64,000 nucleotides of DNA, from the NCBI GenBank assembly GCA_965249135.1, contig OZ252220.1, positions 896,001 through 960,000 of the forward strand, read 5' to 3'. The DNA comes from Alphaproteobacteria bacterium (GTDB lineage Bacteria > Pseudomonadota > Alphaproteobacteria > GCA-2746255). This document shows, in pieces, positions 1-9,291 of this stretch. The notes beneath the pieces are model-generated. The model was not told where the DNA came from and ran no database searches. It saw nothing but the letters and a program-made list of their open reading frames with translations. The position numbers were made by a program, and so were the translations under genes. How positions within the stretch are numbered: position 1 is the stretch's first letter; every line of letters starts with the position of its first letter.

Positions 1-192
1 TAATCACAGAAATTCTGCCTCTTAGAAGGGGACTCACCAGATTCCGGTGGTCGTGCGCACCATCGCCAACCCGGTCCTGGTGCTGGGCCCTGATGGGAGG
101 CGTCCGGCGACCCACTTAAGAAAGCGACAGCGTACTCTCGTTGCGATTTCCCGGACGACGTCCGGCAACGCGGCAAAGAGAAGAGGCTGCAG

Positions 193-261
193 ATGTTCAT
201 TCAAACAGAACACACGCCCAATCCCGCGACACTGAAATTCCTGCCCGGCCGACACCGATGA
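193..261 (+). pseudogene. N-terminal remnant of a NifU/Nfu-family Fe-S scaffold protein
   Basis: Translates to MFIQTEHTPNPATLKFLPGRHR*, the typical alphaproteobacterial Nfu N-terminus, and stops after 22 codons. Confidence 0.7.
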
Positions 262-380
262 CCTCCAACGGGCCAATCCGGCCTCCGACGGTCAAGTAGT
301 CGTCGATATTCGTATCCTAGCTTCGGGCGTACTATCATCATTTCCGGCGCGTGAACCCGGAATGAACCAGGGCCGTTGAA

Positions 381-1025
381 ATGGCTGGAAAGCACGAATC
401 CGTCTTTGCGGCGACGGACGTCCTCCGCATGTTTCCGACGTTTGTTTGGAAGGCTGAGCTTGAACCAGAGATTCATCGAAGAATCAACAAGAGCATCATC
501 CACAAGCTCGAACAGATAAGACGATCCGGTCCAGAGCTTGCCCCCGGTCAGGGTTGGCAGTCGGGTAACGACCTACACAAATGGAATGAATTTCGTGAGC
601 TGGCGTCTTGTGTGAACCACGCTGTCAGGCGTGTCTTGGACTTCCTGAAGATCGGTGAGGTGGATTTTGAAATAACCGGTTGTTGGGCCAGCATGAGCCC
701 GCCCGATGCCGCGCATGGAATGCATAACCATCCCAACAATTTCCTGAGCGGTGTCTACTACGTACAGACGAATAAGGGGGCCAATACCATCAACTTCCAT
801 GATCCGAGGTCCCAGGCGGAAATCATCAAGCCTCCGGTAATGGGATTGACCGCCGAGAACACGGATCAGGTCGTGGTCAAGGTGAGGAACGGGACCCTTT
901 TGATCTTCCCCTCTTGGTTGGCGCACTCGGTGGACACCAACAGGAGCGATGAAACAAGAATAAGCATCAGTTTCAACGTCATGTTTTCCGCATATGCAGA
1001 AAAGATGAGCAAGCCACTTTGGTAG
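381..1025 (+). CDS. Putative 2OG-Fe(II) oxygenase (TIGR02466-like)
   Basis: Motifs HNHPNNFLSGVYY, FPSWLAHSV and RISISFN. Confidence 0.85.
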   Translation: MAGKHESVFAATDVLRMFPTFVWKAELEPEIHRRINKSIIHKLEQIRRSGPELAPGQGWQSGNDLHKWNEFRELASCVNHAVRRVLDFLKIGEVDFEITGCWASMSPPDAAHGMHNHPNNFLSGVYYVQTNKGANTINFHDPRSQAEIIKPPVMGLTAENTDQVVVKVRNGTLLIFPSWLAHSVDTNRSDETRISISFNVMFSAYAEKMSKPLW

Positions 1026-1355
1026 CCGAGGCATTGTCACATTTACGACCCTGGACGTATGACGACGCTAACTTACCAGGCGTCATGCGGTGGCCGTCAC
1101 CTCCGCCCAAGCATCGAAGGCTTCGGCGTAAAACCGTCGCAAGCTGCCGCCATTCGCACCCGTAGCTCGGGCCTCATCCGGAAATCGCTGAGAGAAAAGG
1201 ACTTAGTGGCGAGGGGGCAGTCTCGAGCGAACCCGCCTCCATAGAACCGGCCTGTAATCGACTAGGTCCTACCCTCTAACGGACGGAGATCACTTGGCTA
1301 TTTAGCCGAATTCCCTACGCGACGTGACATTCATATTGCCCGTCCCCATCATCGT

Positions 1356-1814
1356 CTAGGGGTGCTTGTCGTATGCGTCGATCTCGTCATCGGCATTCAT
1401 AAGACGGGATGCAGGATCGTCACCCGGATATTCGTCGAATTCGATGACGTTGCGATCCGGATCGCGCACAAACAATGAGTTCATATCGTTGACGGTGAAA
1501 CGCCCCGTGATCTCGATCTTGTTCTCGTTCAGGAACGCTTCGAGATCGGCCAGCGATTCGATCTTCAACGCCATGTGGTTATACCCGGCGTATTTTCGAT
1601 CGATGTCCATCAGGACATTTTCATCTTCTTGAACCGTGCTCGGGCCAAGCAGGTTCAGCACGACGCCTGATGCATGGCGCATAATAATCGGATGGCCTTT
1701 CTCAAAACCGGCGTCGAAGATCAGTTTAAACCCGAACTTTTCGTAGAAATCGGTCGCGCGCTGTTTCTCTTTCACGCGGATACCGATGTGATCGATTTTC
1801 TGTATGGCCACCAT
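1356..1814 (-). CDS. VOC/glyoxalase family protein
   Basis: Motifs IDHIGIRV, NHMAL and FVRDPDRNVIE; ATG at 1814 with a GGAG RBS. Confidence 0.88.
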   Translation of the reverse strand: MVAIQKIDHIGIRVKEKQRATDFYEKFGFKLIFDAGFEKGHPIIMRHASGVVLNLLGPSTVQEDENVLMDIDRKYAGYNHMALKIESLADLEAFLNENKIEITGRFTVNDMNSLFVRDPDRNVIEFDEYPGDDPASRLMNADDEIDAYDKHP

Positions 1815-1954
1815 GGCAGCTCTCCTTATATAAGAACGACCCCATTCTCCCGGCCCGGCTTGTGACGCGACTGGGCGCAAAGGCCCGCAGACTGCCGGGA
1901 ATTATGCCGGCAAACTAAATCCCGACTAGAGATTTCATGAACTCAAAGACGTGT

Positions 1955-2031
1955 TGGCGGAGCGGGTAGTCTTGAGCAAACCCGTTTTTCGCGCCCAAAT
2001 TCGCTGTTAAACAGCGAAAAACAGGGAATTT
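1955..2031. repeat. Degenerate tRNA-end-like motif plus palindrome; partial second copy at 1207-1235
   Basis: TGGCGGAGCGGGTAGTCTTGAGCAAACCCG resembles TGGCGAGGGGGCAGTCTCGAGCGAACCCG (1207-1235). Inverted repeat TTCGCTGTT-A-AACAGCGAA at 2000-2018. Confidence 0.5.
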
Positions 2032-2085
2032 TCTGCCGGGACAGGGCGGCTGGAAAACTTTCCGCGACTCCCCCAAAGAAAAACA

Positions 2086-2101
2086 TTGACCGACCGATCT
2101 A
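2086..2101. promoter_or_regulatory. TetR (NemR-like) operator overlapping a probable -35
   Basis: TTGACCGACCGATCTA, related to the box at 2730-2745 and the NemR-type palindrome TAGACCnnnnGGTCTA. Confidence 0.65.
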
Positions 2102-2120
2102 AGTATGGGATACCTCCCCC

Positions 2121-2711
2121 ATGAGCCGAGGACCAGACAAACAGTTCGACCCGCCCGAGGTCCTGGAAAAGGCCATGGAACTCTTCTGGGCGAAAGGATA
2201 CGCAGCCACGGGGTTGGCTGAACTACAGGAGCAGATGGGCATCGGCAGAAAGAGCCTTTACGACACGTTCGGAAACAAACGCCAGCTTTTCATCAAGGCC
2301 CTGCAGCATTACTCGGATAGCGTGGTACGTCGGATGTTCAATGAGCTTAAAAAAGAAGGATCACCCCTTGGCAATGTTCGCCGTTTTATGCGGGCACTTC
2401 AGGAGCAGCATTCCATGCCGGTGAGCAACGGCTGCCTATTCGGCGTGAGCATGGCCCAATTCCGCACCGATGATCCGGAGATCGCCGAAGTGCTGCGCCG
2501 CCACTTAAAAAGCATCGAAGAAGCCTTCTACAGGACGTTCAAGCGCGCCCAGGATGTGAGCGAGTTGGACGAAAATACGAACGTCCGGGACTTAGCCCGG
2601 CTCTATATGGGAATCGCTCAGGGCCTGGCCCTGATCGGACGGGTGCAGGATACCCCGGCGGTGCCGCGCAGCATCGTGAACGCCGCATTAGCGACGCTGG
2701 AGACGGCTTGA
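2121..2711 (+). CDS. TetR/AcrR family regulator (NemR/ComR-like)
   Basis: N-terminal HTH (AMELFWAKGY...SLYDTFGNKRQLF) and a GCL motif. Confidence 0.92.
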   Translation: MSRGPDKQFDPPEVLEKAMELFWAKGYAATGLAELQEQMGIGRKSLYDTFGNKRQLFIKALQHYSDSVVRRMFNELKKEGSPLGNVRRFMRALQEQHSMPVSNGCLFGVSMAQFRTDDPEIAEVLRRHLKSIEEAFYRTFKRAQDVSELDENTNVRDLARLYMGIAQGLALIGRVQDTPAVPRSIVNAALATLETA

Positions 2712-2729
2712 TATTTTTTTATCTAAACA

Positions 2730-2745
2730 TAGACCGATTGGTCAA
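2730..2745. promoter_or_regulatory. TetR (NemR-like) operator upstream of the SDR gene
   Basis: Near-palindrome TAGACCGATTGGTCAA. Confidence 0.7.
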
Positions 2746-2762
2746 GGAAAAGGAGAAAGACC

Positions 2763-3512
2763 ATGCGCAAGTTGAACAACAAAGTTGCAGTCGTTACCGG
2801 AGGAAGCAGTGGCATAGGCTTGGCCACCGCCCAGCGGTTCATCGCCGACGGGGCTGAAGTCGTCATCACGGGTCGCAACCAGGAAGCCCTGGATGCCGCC
2901 GTCGCCGAACTCGGCGACCGGGCTACGGGCATCCAAGGTGACGTTGCGAATCTCAAAGATTTGGACCGTTTGTACGCTCAAGTGAAGGAGCGGTTCGGCC
3001 GTGTGGACGTGCTCTTTGCGAACGCGGGCATCGCACCGTTTGTCCCATTCAAGGCGGTGACGGAAGAACACTTCGACGATCTGTTCAACATCAACGTCCG
3101 AGGCCTCTTCTTCACGGTTCAAAAGGCCCTGCCACTTCTCGCCGAAGGTGCGTCGGTCGTTCTCAACGCCACCGTCCTTGCGCAGATCGGGCTACCGAAC
3201 ACGAGCGTTTATTCGGCATCGAAAGCAGCGGTTCGTTCGCTGGGCCGCACGCTTGCAGCCGAACTCTCGCCTCGCGGCATCCGTGTCAACGTCGTCAGCC
3301 CAGGGCTCATCGAAACGCCACTCGTCGGCAAGCTCGGTCTGAGCGAGGACGAAGTTGCCGCCCTTGCCGGGCAGATCGTTCAACAGACCCCGCTCGCCCG
3401 CCCGGGTAGACCCGAGGAAATCGCTGCAACCGTGGCCTTTCTCGCCTCCGACGATGCGAGCTACTTCACCGGCGCCGAGTTCGTTGCCGACGGCGGACTG
3501 TCCCATGTCTAG
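2763..3512 (+). CDS. SDR family oxidoreductase
   Basis: Motifs TGGSSGIG, NAG, YSASK and VNVVSPG. Confidence 0.95.
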   Translation: MRKLNNKVAVVTGGSSGIGLATAQRFIADGAEVVITGRNQEALDAAVAELGDRATGIQGDVANLKDLDRLYAQVKERFGRVDVLFANAGIAPFVPFKAVTEEHFDDLFNINVRGLFFTVQKALPLLAEGASVVLNATVLAQIGLPNTSVYSASKAAVRSLGRTLAAELSPRGIRVNVVSPGLIETPLVGKLGLSEDEVAALAGQIVQQTPLARPGRPEEIAATVAFLASDDASYFTGAEFVADGGLSHV

Positions 3513-3543
3513 ACCCGATAACACATCACAAGGAGTAAGACCC

Positions 3544-3918
3544 ATGACGAATACTCAAGCAAACGCGAACGATCATGACGCGATCATAAAAACCCTCCAG
3601 CCCTACATCGATGGTGCCAGGTCCGGCAAAGGCGACGACATGAAACCCGCCTTTCACGAGGACGCGACGGTCTTCGGTTATGTCGGAGACGACCTTTTCG
3701 CCGGGCCCATCGAGAAGCTTTATGCCTGGAACGATGAAAATGGACCGGCAGCCGGGCTTCATGCGCGGATCGCCGACATCGACATCGTCGGAACGGTTGC
3801 CACCGTGCGGCTCGAACTCGACGACTGGACCGGTTACCGGTTCACCGATTTGTTCACGCTGCTCAAAGTCGATGGCGCGTGGAAGATCATGAACAAGGTC
3901 TTCCATCTGCATTCCTGA
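3544..3918 (+). CDS. NTF2-like / putative lumazine-binding protein
   Basis: Motifs AFHEDA and FTDLFTLLKVDGAWKIMNKVF; AGGAG RBS before ATG 3544. Confidence 0.85.
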   Translation: MTNTQANANDHDAIIKTLQPYIDGARSGKGDDMKPAFHEDATVFGYVGDDLFAGPIEKLYAWNDENGPAAGLHARIADIDIVGTVATVRLELDDWTGYRFTDLFTLLKVDGAWKIMNKVFHLHS

Positions 3919-3937
3919 CGGAGCAAGGAGCAAGGCT

Positions 3938-4806
3938 ATGAACCAGATTCTTTCCACCACGTCGTCGACGCTGAGCACGCCGCAATCCATTGTGGAGACA
4001 CGCGCGGCGTTGTCCTTCATTCGCCCGCAGGACACGAAACCGGTGTTCCTGAGCGCCGCGCTGACGGGCGGCGCCGCGCAAGTCTTCTTCGAGGCAGACG
4101 AGCATACGGTCCCGATCGGCGATATGCGGGAGATCGCAGACACGCTGTCCATCGACCGTGAAGGGTTCGAGCTGCTGCGCCATCCGACCGCCGTTCGGGA
4201 CCTCTACGACGATGCCGCGGTGAACAGCCGGTACTACCCGGAAATCGAGGCGCTTCTGCGCCAACGGTTCGACGCCGACCGGGTCGTGATTTTCGACGCA
4301 ACCCGGCGCTCCGATGGCGACGCAGGGGCTGCAAACCGCGACGGTCTGCGCGGCCCAGCCAAGCGCGTACATGTGGACTACACCGTAAAAAGCGGCCCCC
4401 ACGCATGAAGGACGCGCTTGGCCAAGTCGAGGCGGCACGCCTTGCCGCGTCCGGCGCACGGATCATCCAGGTCAATGTCTGGCGACCGATCCACGGCCCC
4501 GTCGCGCGTGCGCCGCTAGCCCTTGCCGATGCATCCACCATACGGCCGGAGGAATTAATCGCGACCGATCAGGTGTTCCCCGACCGCATCGGCAAAATCT
4601 ACCACCTCGCCCATGCGCCGTCCCAGCGCTGGTACTTCGCGCCGCGCATGACTAGGGACGAGGTTCTGCTGATCAAGGGTTGGGACAGCCTCGATGACGG
4701 CCGCGCGCGCTTCACCCCGCACGGCGCGTTCGAACTCCCCGACACGGCCAAAACCGCGGCCCCGCGCGAGAGCATCGAGCTGCGCAGCTTCGTGATCGTC
4801 GAATAG
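3938..4806 (+). pseudogene. CmcJ/NvfI (AsaB-like) oxidoreductase split by a frameshift near 4400
   Basis: The 5' ORF carries VHVDYT; the 3' ORF carries VNVWRPI, PHGAF and RESIELR. The halves are offset at a C-run near 4396-4401. Confidence 0.8.
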
Positions 4807-4831
4807 GGGTGTTTTTTTTAAGCGTGGCCCG

Positions 4832-5017
4832 CTACTTCCTGAAAAACCGTTCGACGTCTTTGCCGTGGGATTGCTTCGCGGCGATCGCTCGCCGAACCCG
4901 CGCGATTTCCGCTTCCAGTTCCGCGATGTAATCCTTCAGCTCCTCTATCCCCATCGGGGTGAGGTCTTTACGCTTAGGTTTCGCCTTCTGCGGCAAATTT
5001 TCGTCGTCGACGTCCAT
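4832..5017 (-). CDS. DUF1192 family protein
   Basis: DLTPMGIEELKDYIAELEAEIAR...FF; usual divergent position next to qor. Confidence 0.85.
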   Translation of the reverse strand: MDVDDENLPQKAKPKRKDLTPMGIEELKDYIAELEAEIARVRRAIAAKQSHGKDVERFFRK

Positions 5018-5125
5018 TTTTGCTTCCGCCGAATCGGGCCTTGCCTTACTTGCGCGTTCCGAGCGACGATCCTACACCACCCGGCCCGGTCCCGACACTT
5101 GGAACGCAAAAGTGAAGCTACGAAC

Positions 5126-6127
5126 ATGTCCCTTCCCACGCCCTCAAAGATGGCCGCGATCGAAATTACCGGGCCCGGCGGCCCGCAGATGCTTGCGCTC
5201 GTCACAAGGTGCGTGCCGGAGCCGGGCCCCGGCGAAGTCCTGGTGAAAATTGCCGCGGCCGGCGTCAATCGCCCGGACATCATGCAACGCGAAGGCGCCT
5301 ATCCGCCGCCGAAAGGTGCTTCCGACCTTCCGGGCCTCGAGGTCGCAGGGCAGGTTGTGGCGTTGGGCCCGGACGTGACGGAACTCAAATCCGGCCAAGA
5401 GGTCACCGCCCTTCTCGCCGGCGGCGGCTATGCGGAATATTGCGTGGCGTCTGCGCCGCTCGCACTTCCCATGCCCCGAGGACTTAACATGGTCGAGGCG
5501 GCCTGCATTCCGGAAACCTTTGCCACGGTCTGGACAAACGTCTTCGAGCGCGCAAACTTAAAGTCCGGCGAGACCCTCCTCGTCCATGGCGGAACCAGCG
5601 GTATCGGCACCACGGCGATCCAGCTTGCCAAGGCCTTCGGCGCCACCGTGCTGACGACGGCGGGGAGCGATGCGAAATGCGCCTTCTGTGAAGAGCTCGG
5701 CGCGGACCTTGCGGTTCCTTACCAGGCGGACGACTTCGTCGCCGCCGTCAAGGCCTTCACCTCGGGGCGCGGCGTCGACGTGATCCTGGATATGGTCGGC
5801 GGCGACTACATCCAGCGCAACCTCGATTGCCTGGGCACGGAAGGCCGCCTCGTCCAGATCGCTTATCTCAAGGGCGCCAAGGTGGAACTGAACCTCACAC
5901 GCCTTCTCTTGAAGCGGCTGACCCTTGCCGGTTCCGTGCTGCGCTCGCGCAGCGTGGACGAGAAGGCGCGCATCCTGGCGGGACTCTTTGAGCACGTCTG
6001 GCCGCTGCTTGAGGAAAAGCGCGTGAAGCCGATCCTCGATTCGACCTATCCGCTGAAAGATGCCGCCGAAGCCCACCGGCGCATGGAAACCAGCCAGCAC
6101 ATCGGCAAGATCGTGCTGGTTCCTTGA
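5126..6127 (+). CDS. NAD(P)H-quinone oxidoreductase (PIG3-type MDR)
   Basis: Motifs AAGVNRPD, PGLEVAG, HGGTSGIG and HIGKIVL. Confidence 0.93.
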   Translation: MSLPTPSKMAAIEITGPGGPQMLALVTRCVPEPGPGEVLVKIAAAGVNRPDIMQREGAYPPPKGASDLPGLEVAGQVVALGPDVTELKSGQEVTALLAGGGYAEYCVASAPLALPMPRGLNMVEAACIPETFATVWTNVFERANLKSGETLLVHGGTSGIGTTAIQLAKAFGATVLTTAGSDAKCAFCEELGADLAVPYQADDFVAAVKAFTSGRGVDVILDMVGGDYIQRNLDCLGTEGRLVQIAYLKGAKVELNLTRLLLKRLTLAGSVLRSRSVDEKARILAGLFEHVWPLLEEKRVKPILDSTYPLKDAAEAHRRMETSQHIGKIVLVP

Positions 6128-6202
6128 AGCAGTGGCCGATGGGCCGCGGGTCCCTTTGACGAAGGCCCCCTTGGTGCCAGGAGGGGACCTTGAGGCTGCC
6201 GG

Positions 6203-6592
6203 TCAGCTTAATACGGTCGGTGACCGTTCGCCCGAAACGAACCGGATAACATCGACAACATCGATGACCAGCGAGACGGAGTTTAAAAGCACCAGCGACG
6301 CCAGCCAGATGCCGAAGGGACTGTCCACGCCAACCTCGCCTAATCGAAAGCCGAACCAGATCACAAGCGGTATCCAAAAGATGTGACCCAGCCCAAGCAA
6401 TCGTACGAAGCCGAGCCTTGAGTGAAGTGTGGATTGCACGATAGCACCGGCAAAAAATGCGGCGATTGCAAGTTGTGCCTCTAATGTCTGGATATAAAAC
6501 AGCGGCACGACGAAATTTACCGCCACCAAAAGCATTATCTAGGCGACCCATGGAGCGGGCATTTTCAATATGGACTTCATCCATCCAATCAT
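6203..6592 (-). pseudogene. Small membrane protein with an in-frame TAG at 6539-6541
   Basis: Frame reads MIGWMKSILKMPAPWVA*IMLLVAVNF... into a hydrophobic ORF; the stop probably arose from TGG. Confidence 0.6.
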
Positions 6593-6640
6593 AATTTCTG
6601 ACCTTCTTGATCGAACCTTCGGCTAGGATATTCCCAGCCC

Positions 6641-7132
6641 TCAAACCCCGGCAGGTTTCGGCAGGGTGTAGTTGAGTTCGCCGATGATCGCATCCAGCGA
6701 GCCTTCCTTCTTTTCCGCGGCTTCCATCTCCAGCCACCACAACACGACGGCCTCGTGGGTGACCATCGCCTTTAGCATCGCTTGGTCCTCAGGCAGTGCA
6801 ATCGCCTCGATTTCCTGAAACCGCACATGGAAGCCTTCGACGACCGGGACGATGATCCGCATGAATGCCGGCCAGGCGCTTTGCTGGTAAGCCGCGACGA
6901 AGCCCTGAACGTCGCTCAAGTCCATGCGCTCCGAGAGATCGATGCCGTACTTGCTTAAGAAAGGCCGCAGCCGCGCCTTTGTTTTGGTCTCCAACTGCAG
7001 CAGTGTTCCGAAGTGGTAACGCTCGCGATCGTTCTTCGCGACATCGAGGAGCGCAAGAAAGCTCGCCTCGCCGAGGATCTCGGTTTCGTAAAGTTCCCGA
7101 ATGCACTGAGGGTATGCCACCTCACCCATCAT
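6641..7132 (-). CDS. Hypothetical protein, possibly ferritin-like helical bundle
   Basis: AGGAG RBS before ATG 7132; helical sequence with E..GE, LE and HE motifs. Confidence 0.65.
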   Translation of the reverse strand: MMGEVAYPQCIRELYETEILGEASFLALLDVAKNDRERYHFGTLLQLETKTKARLRPFLSKYGIDLSERMDLSDVQGFVAAYQQSAWPAFMRIIVPVVEGFHVRFQEIEAIALPEDQAMLKAMVTHEAVVLWWLEMEAAEKKEGSLDAIIGELNYTLPKPAGV

Positions 7133-7343
7133 CCACTCCTTAAGGAGGGATACCCCATACCCTAATCCAGCCTTTCGCCGGTTGCGAGCGGCCGGCGCAG
7201 ATCTCCCCTTAAAGCGCCCACCGGTGCCTAGAAACCAGCCAACGCATCGGAAAAATCGCGCCGATTCCTTGAGACAGAAGACGCGGGACCGCCTGACGAT
7301 GGTCCGCTTGGCGCCGGAAAGCGACATCGGGTGTCCGGACAAA

Positions 7344-7437
7344 CCGGCTCCATCGCCTAGGACGTCAGCCGTTGACCCAACGCCCGTAACCCGGCTCCAT
7401 CGCCTAGGACGTCAGCCGTTGACCCAACGCCCGTAAC
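7344..7437. repeat. Perfect 47-bp tandem duplication covering the 3' end of the MBL gene
   Basis: CCGGCTCCATCGCCTAGGACGTCAGCCGTTGACCCAACGCCCGTAAC occurs at 7344-7390 and 7391-7437. Confidence 0.95.
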
Positions 7438-8138
7438 AGAGCCGCCCCATCGCCGCGCCAAGCCGCCCCGTGCATGCAGGCCAGAATTTCTGGCTCGTGT
7501 CCGGCAAGCTTGTCGATGAGTGTGGCGCAATGTTTCGTGTGGGAATAGTAATCAAAAACCGTACGCGTCCGTTCGCTGGGTTCCAGTATGTCCTTCTCGG
7601 TGACCGCCGGATGTTCGGCGCCGAGCTGGGTGAAGAGGTCGCCGCAGAAGAGCGTGCGGGTCTCACTTTCATAGAGGTGCCCGCATTCCCAACTGCGCGG
7701 CAAATGAGGCGTCGTAATCCATGTGACGTGGTGGCCGCCGAGTCCCAGGGTCTCGCCGTCAGCCATCGCACGCGGCGGCCGGTCGGCCAAATCGCCGACC
7801 GAGACTATGGCGGCAACATCGCCGCATAGGGGCTCGGCATGGGGAGCGACTTCCAAAAAGTCGTTGAGGGCACCGCACTCGTCGGTTTCGACGTGGGAAA
7901 ATCCGACATAGCGCAGCTTGTCCACCGGCATGACGGAGGCAATCGCCTGATAGGTGAGCGGAAACATTTGCCGCAGACCCGTATGATAGAGGAGCGGATG
8001 ATCGTCGACGATCAGGTATTGATTGAAAGTGAAACCCCCCGGCAGGTCGTCGCTGGGCGGCACCGGTGTGCTGATGCGGTGAATGCCGTCGGCAATTTCA
8101 TCGACGGCGGTGCCGGATTCCTGGTTGATGACAGGCAT
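7404..8138 (-). CDS. MBL-fold metallo-hydrolase (FprA/ODP-like)
   Basis: Motifs FNQYLI, SHVETDECG, LFCGDLF and CMHG; start MPVINQ with GGAG RBS. Confidence 0.85.
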   Translation of the reverse strand: MPVINQESGTAVDEIADGIHRISTPVPPSDDLPGGFTFNQYLIVDDHPLLYHTGLRQMFPLTYQAIASVMPVDKLRYVGFSHVETDECGALNDFLEVAPHAEPLCGDVAAIVSVGDLADRPPRAMADGETLGLGGHHVTWITTPHLPRSWECGHLYESETRTLFCGDLFTQLGAEHPAVTEKDILEPSERTRTVFDYYSHTKHCATLIDKLAGHEPEILACMHGAAWRGDGAALLRALGQRLTS

Positions 8139-8228
8139 GGTCTGCTCCTTCGGATCGGCCTGGAGCTTCAGCATAACATTCACCCGCCACGCATAACCCC
8201 CCCCCCCCCCGCCCCCCCCCTCGATCGG

Positions 8229-8326
8229 GGCTTTGATTTCCGCTCTCCGCGCGCTATAGCGGGCCATACGGAGAAGCCAAATTCCTTGCCTAGAGGCTTT
8301 GATTTCCGTTTATCCACACGCTATAG
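8229..8326 (+). promoter_or_regulatory. Two related promoter-like copies upstream of trcR; DnaA box in the second
   Basis: GGCTTTGATTTCCG...CGCTATAG at 8229-8259 and 8295-8326; TTATCCACA at 8310-8318. Confidence 0.55.
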
Positions 8327-8419
8327 TAGATAAAGTCGTTTCCAAACAATGGATTGTTGATCCCTAAGACCACGCGCCTAGCGCCGGGTCGGCCTTATAG
8401 GAATGATTCCGGAGGAAGT

Positions 8420-9277
8420 ATGCCGAAACCCCTGATGCCCAAGGCGACGGCCGTTTGGCTGATCGACAACACGACGCTCACCTTCGAGCAGATCGGCGAT
8501 CTTTGCGAACTGCACAGCCTCGAGGTGCAGGGCATCGCCGATGAAGAAGTGGCGGTCGGCATCGTCGGCGCGAGCCCGATCGAGACCGGCGAGTTGACGC
8601 AAGCCGAGATCGCGCGCTGCCAGAACGATCCGTCCGTCCGCCTTGTGATGGCGAAGGGGGAATTGCCGGTGCCGGTCGCGCGCTCCAAGGGCCCGCGTTA
8701 TACGCCGGTCTCGAAACGTCAGGATCGCCCGGACGCCATCGCCTGGCTGCTCACCCAGCATCCCGAGCTTGGCGATGCACAGATCTCCAGGCTGGTCGGC
8801 ACGACGAAGCCGACGATCAATGCGATCCGCGAACGGGACCACTGGAACATGCAGAACCTGAAACCCCAAAGCCCGGTGAAGCTTGGCCTCTGCAGCCAGG
8901 CGGAGCTGGCCAGCGACCTCGCCAAGGCCGAACGCGCGGCGGCCCGGCGGGCCAAGCGCGAGGCGAAAGCTGCGGCTGCCGCCGCAAAGGCGGCGGGCGA
9001 ACCGGCAGCCGGCGAGGTCCCCGTCGCGGAAGCCGCGACCTTAGGCCCACGCGTCGCGGAAGCCGCGACCTTAGGCCCAGGTGAAAGTGAAAGCCCGGAT
9101 TCGGTCTCGCCCGCGCCCGAAACGCCGCCGGCGCTGCCCAGCAAATGGTATGTGCCTCTCCCCGCTACAAGCCCAGGTGAAGAGGCCAAAACGCCCGTCG
9201 AAGCGGAGCCCGCGCAGGCGGCGAGCGAAGAAGAGGCCCCCCACGAAGAAAAGGAGCGCACCGAAGAAAACGGCTAA
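8420..9277 (+). CDS. trcR: DUF1013 cell-cycle transcriptional regulator TrcR
   Basis: PLMPKATAVWLIDNTTLTFEQI and RYTPVSKRQDRPDAIAWL; low-complexity tail with a 30-bp tandem repeat (~9022-9079). Confidence 0.9.
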   Translation: MPKPLMPKATAVWLIDNTTLTFEQIGDLCELHSLEVQGIADEEVAVGIVGASPIETGELTQAEIARCQNDPSVRLVMAKGELPVPVARSKGPRYTPVSKRQDRPDAIAWLLTQHPELGDAQISRLVGTTKPTINAIRERDHWNMQNLKPQSPVKLGLCSQAELASDLAKAERAAARRAKREAKAAAAAAKAAGEPAAGEVPVAEAATLGPRVAEAATLGPGESESPDSVSPAPETPPALPSKWYVPLPATSPGEEAKTPVEAEPAQAASEEEAPHEEKERTEENG

Positions 9278-9291
9278 GGCAACGCCGGCGC

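Noticed and set aside
7298-7342. Short palindromic element reading MSLSGAKRT on the minus strand
   Set aside because: It resembles a recalled alphaproteobacterial intergenic repeat, but is single and too degenerate to support here.
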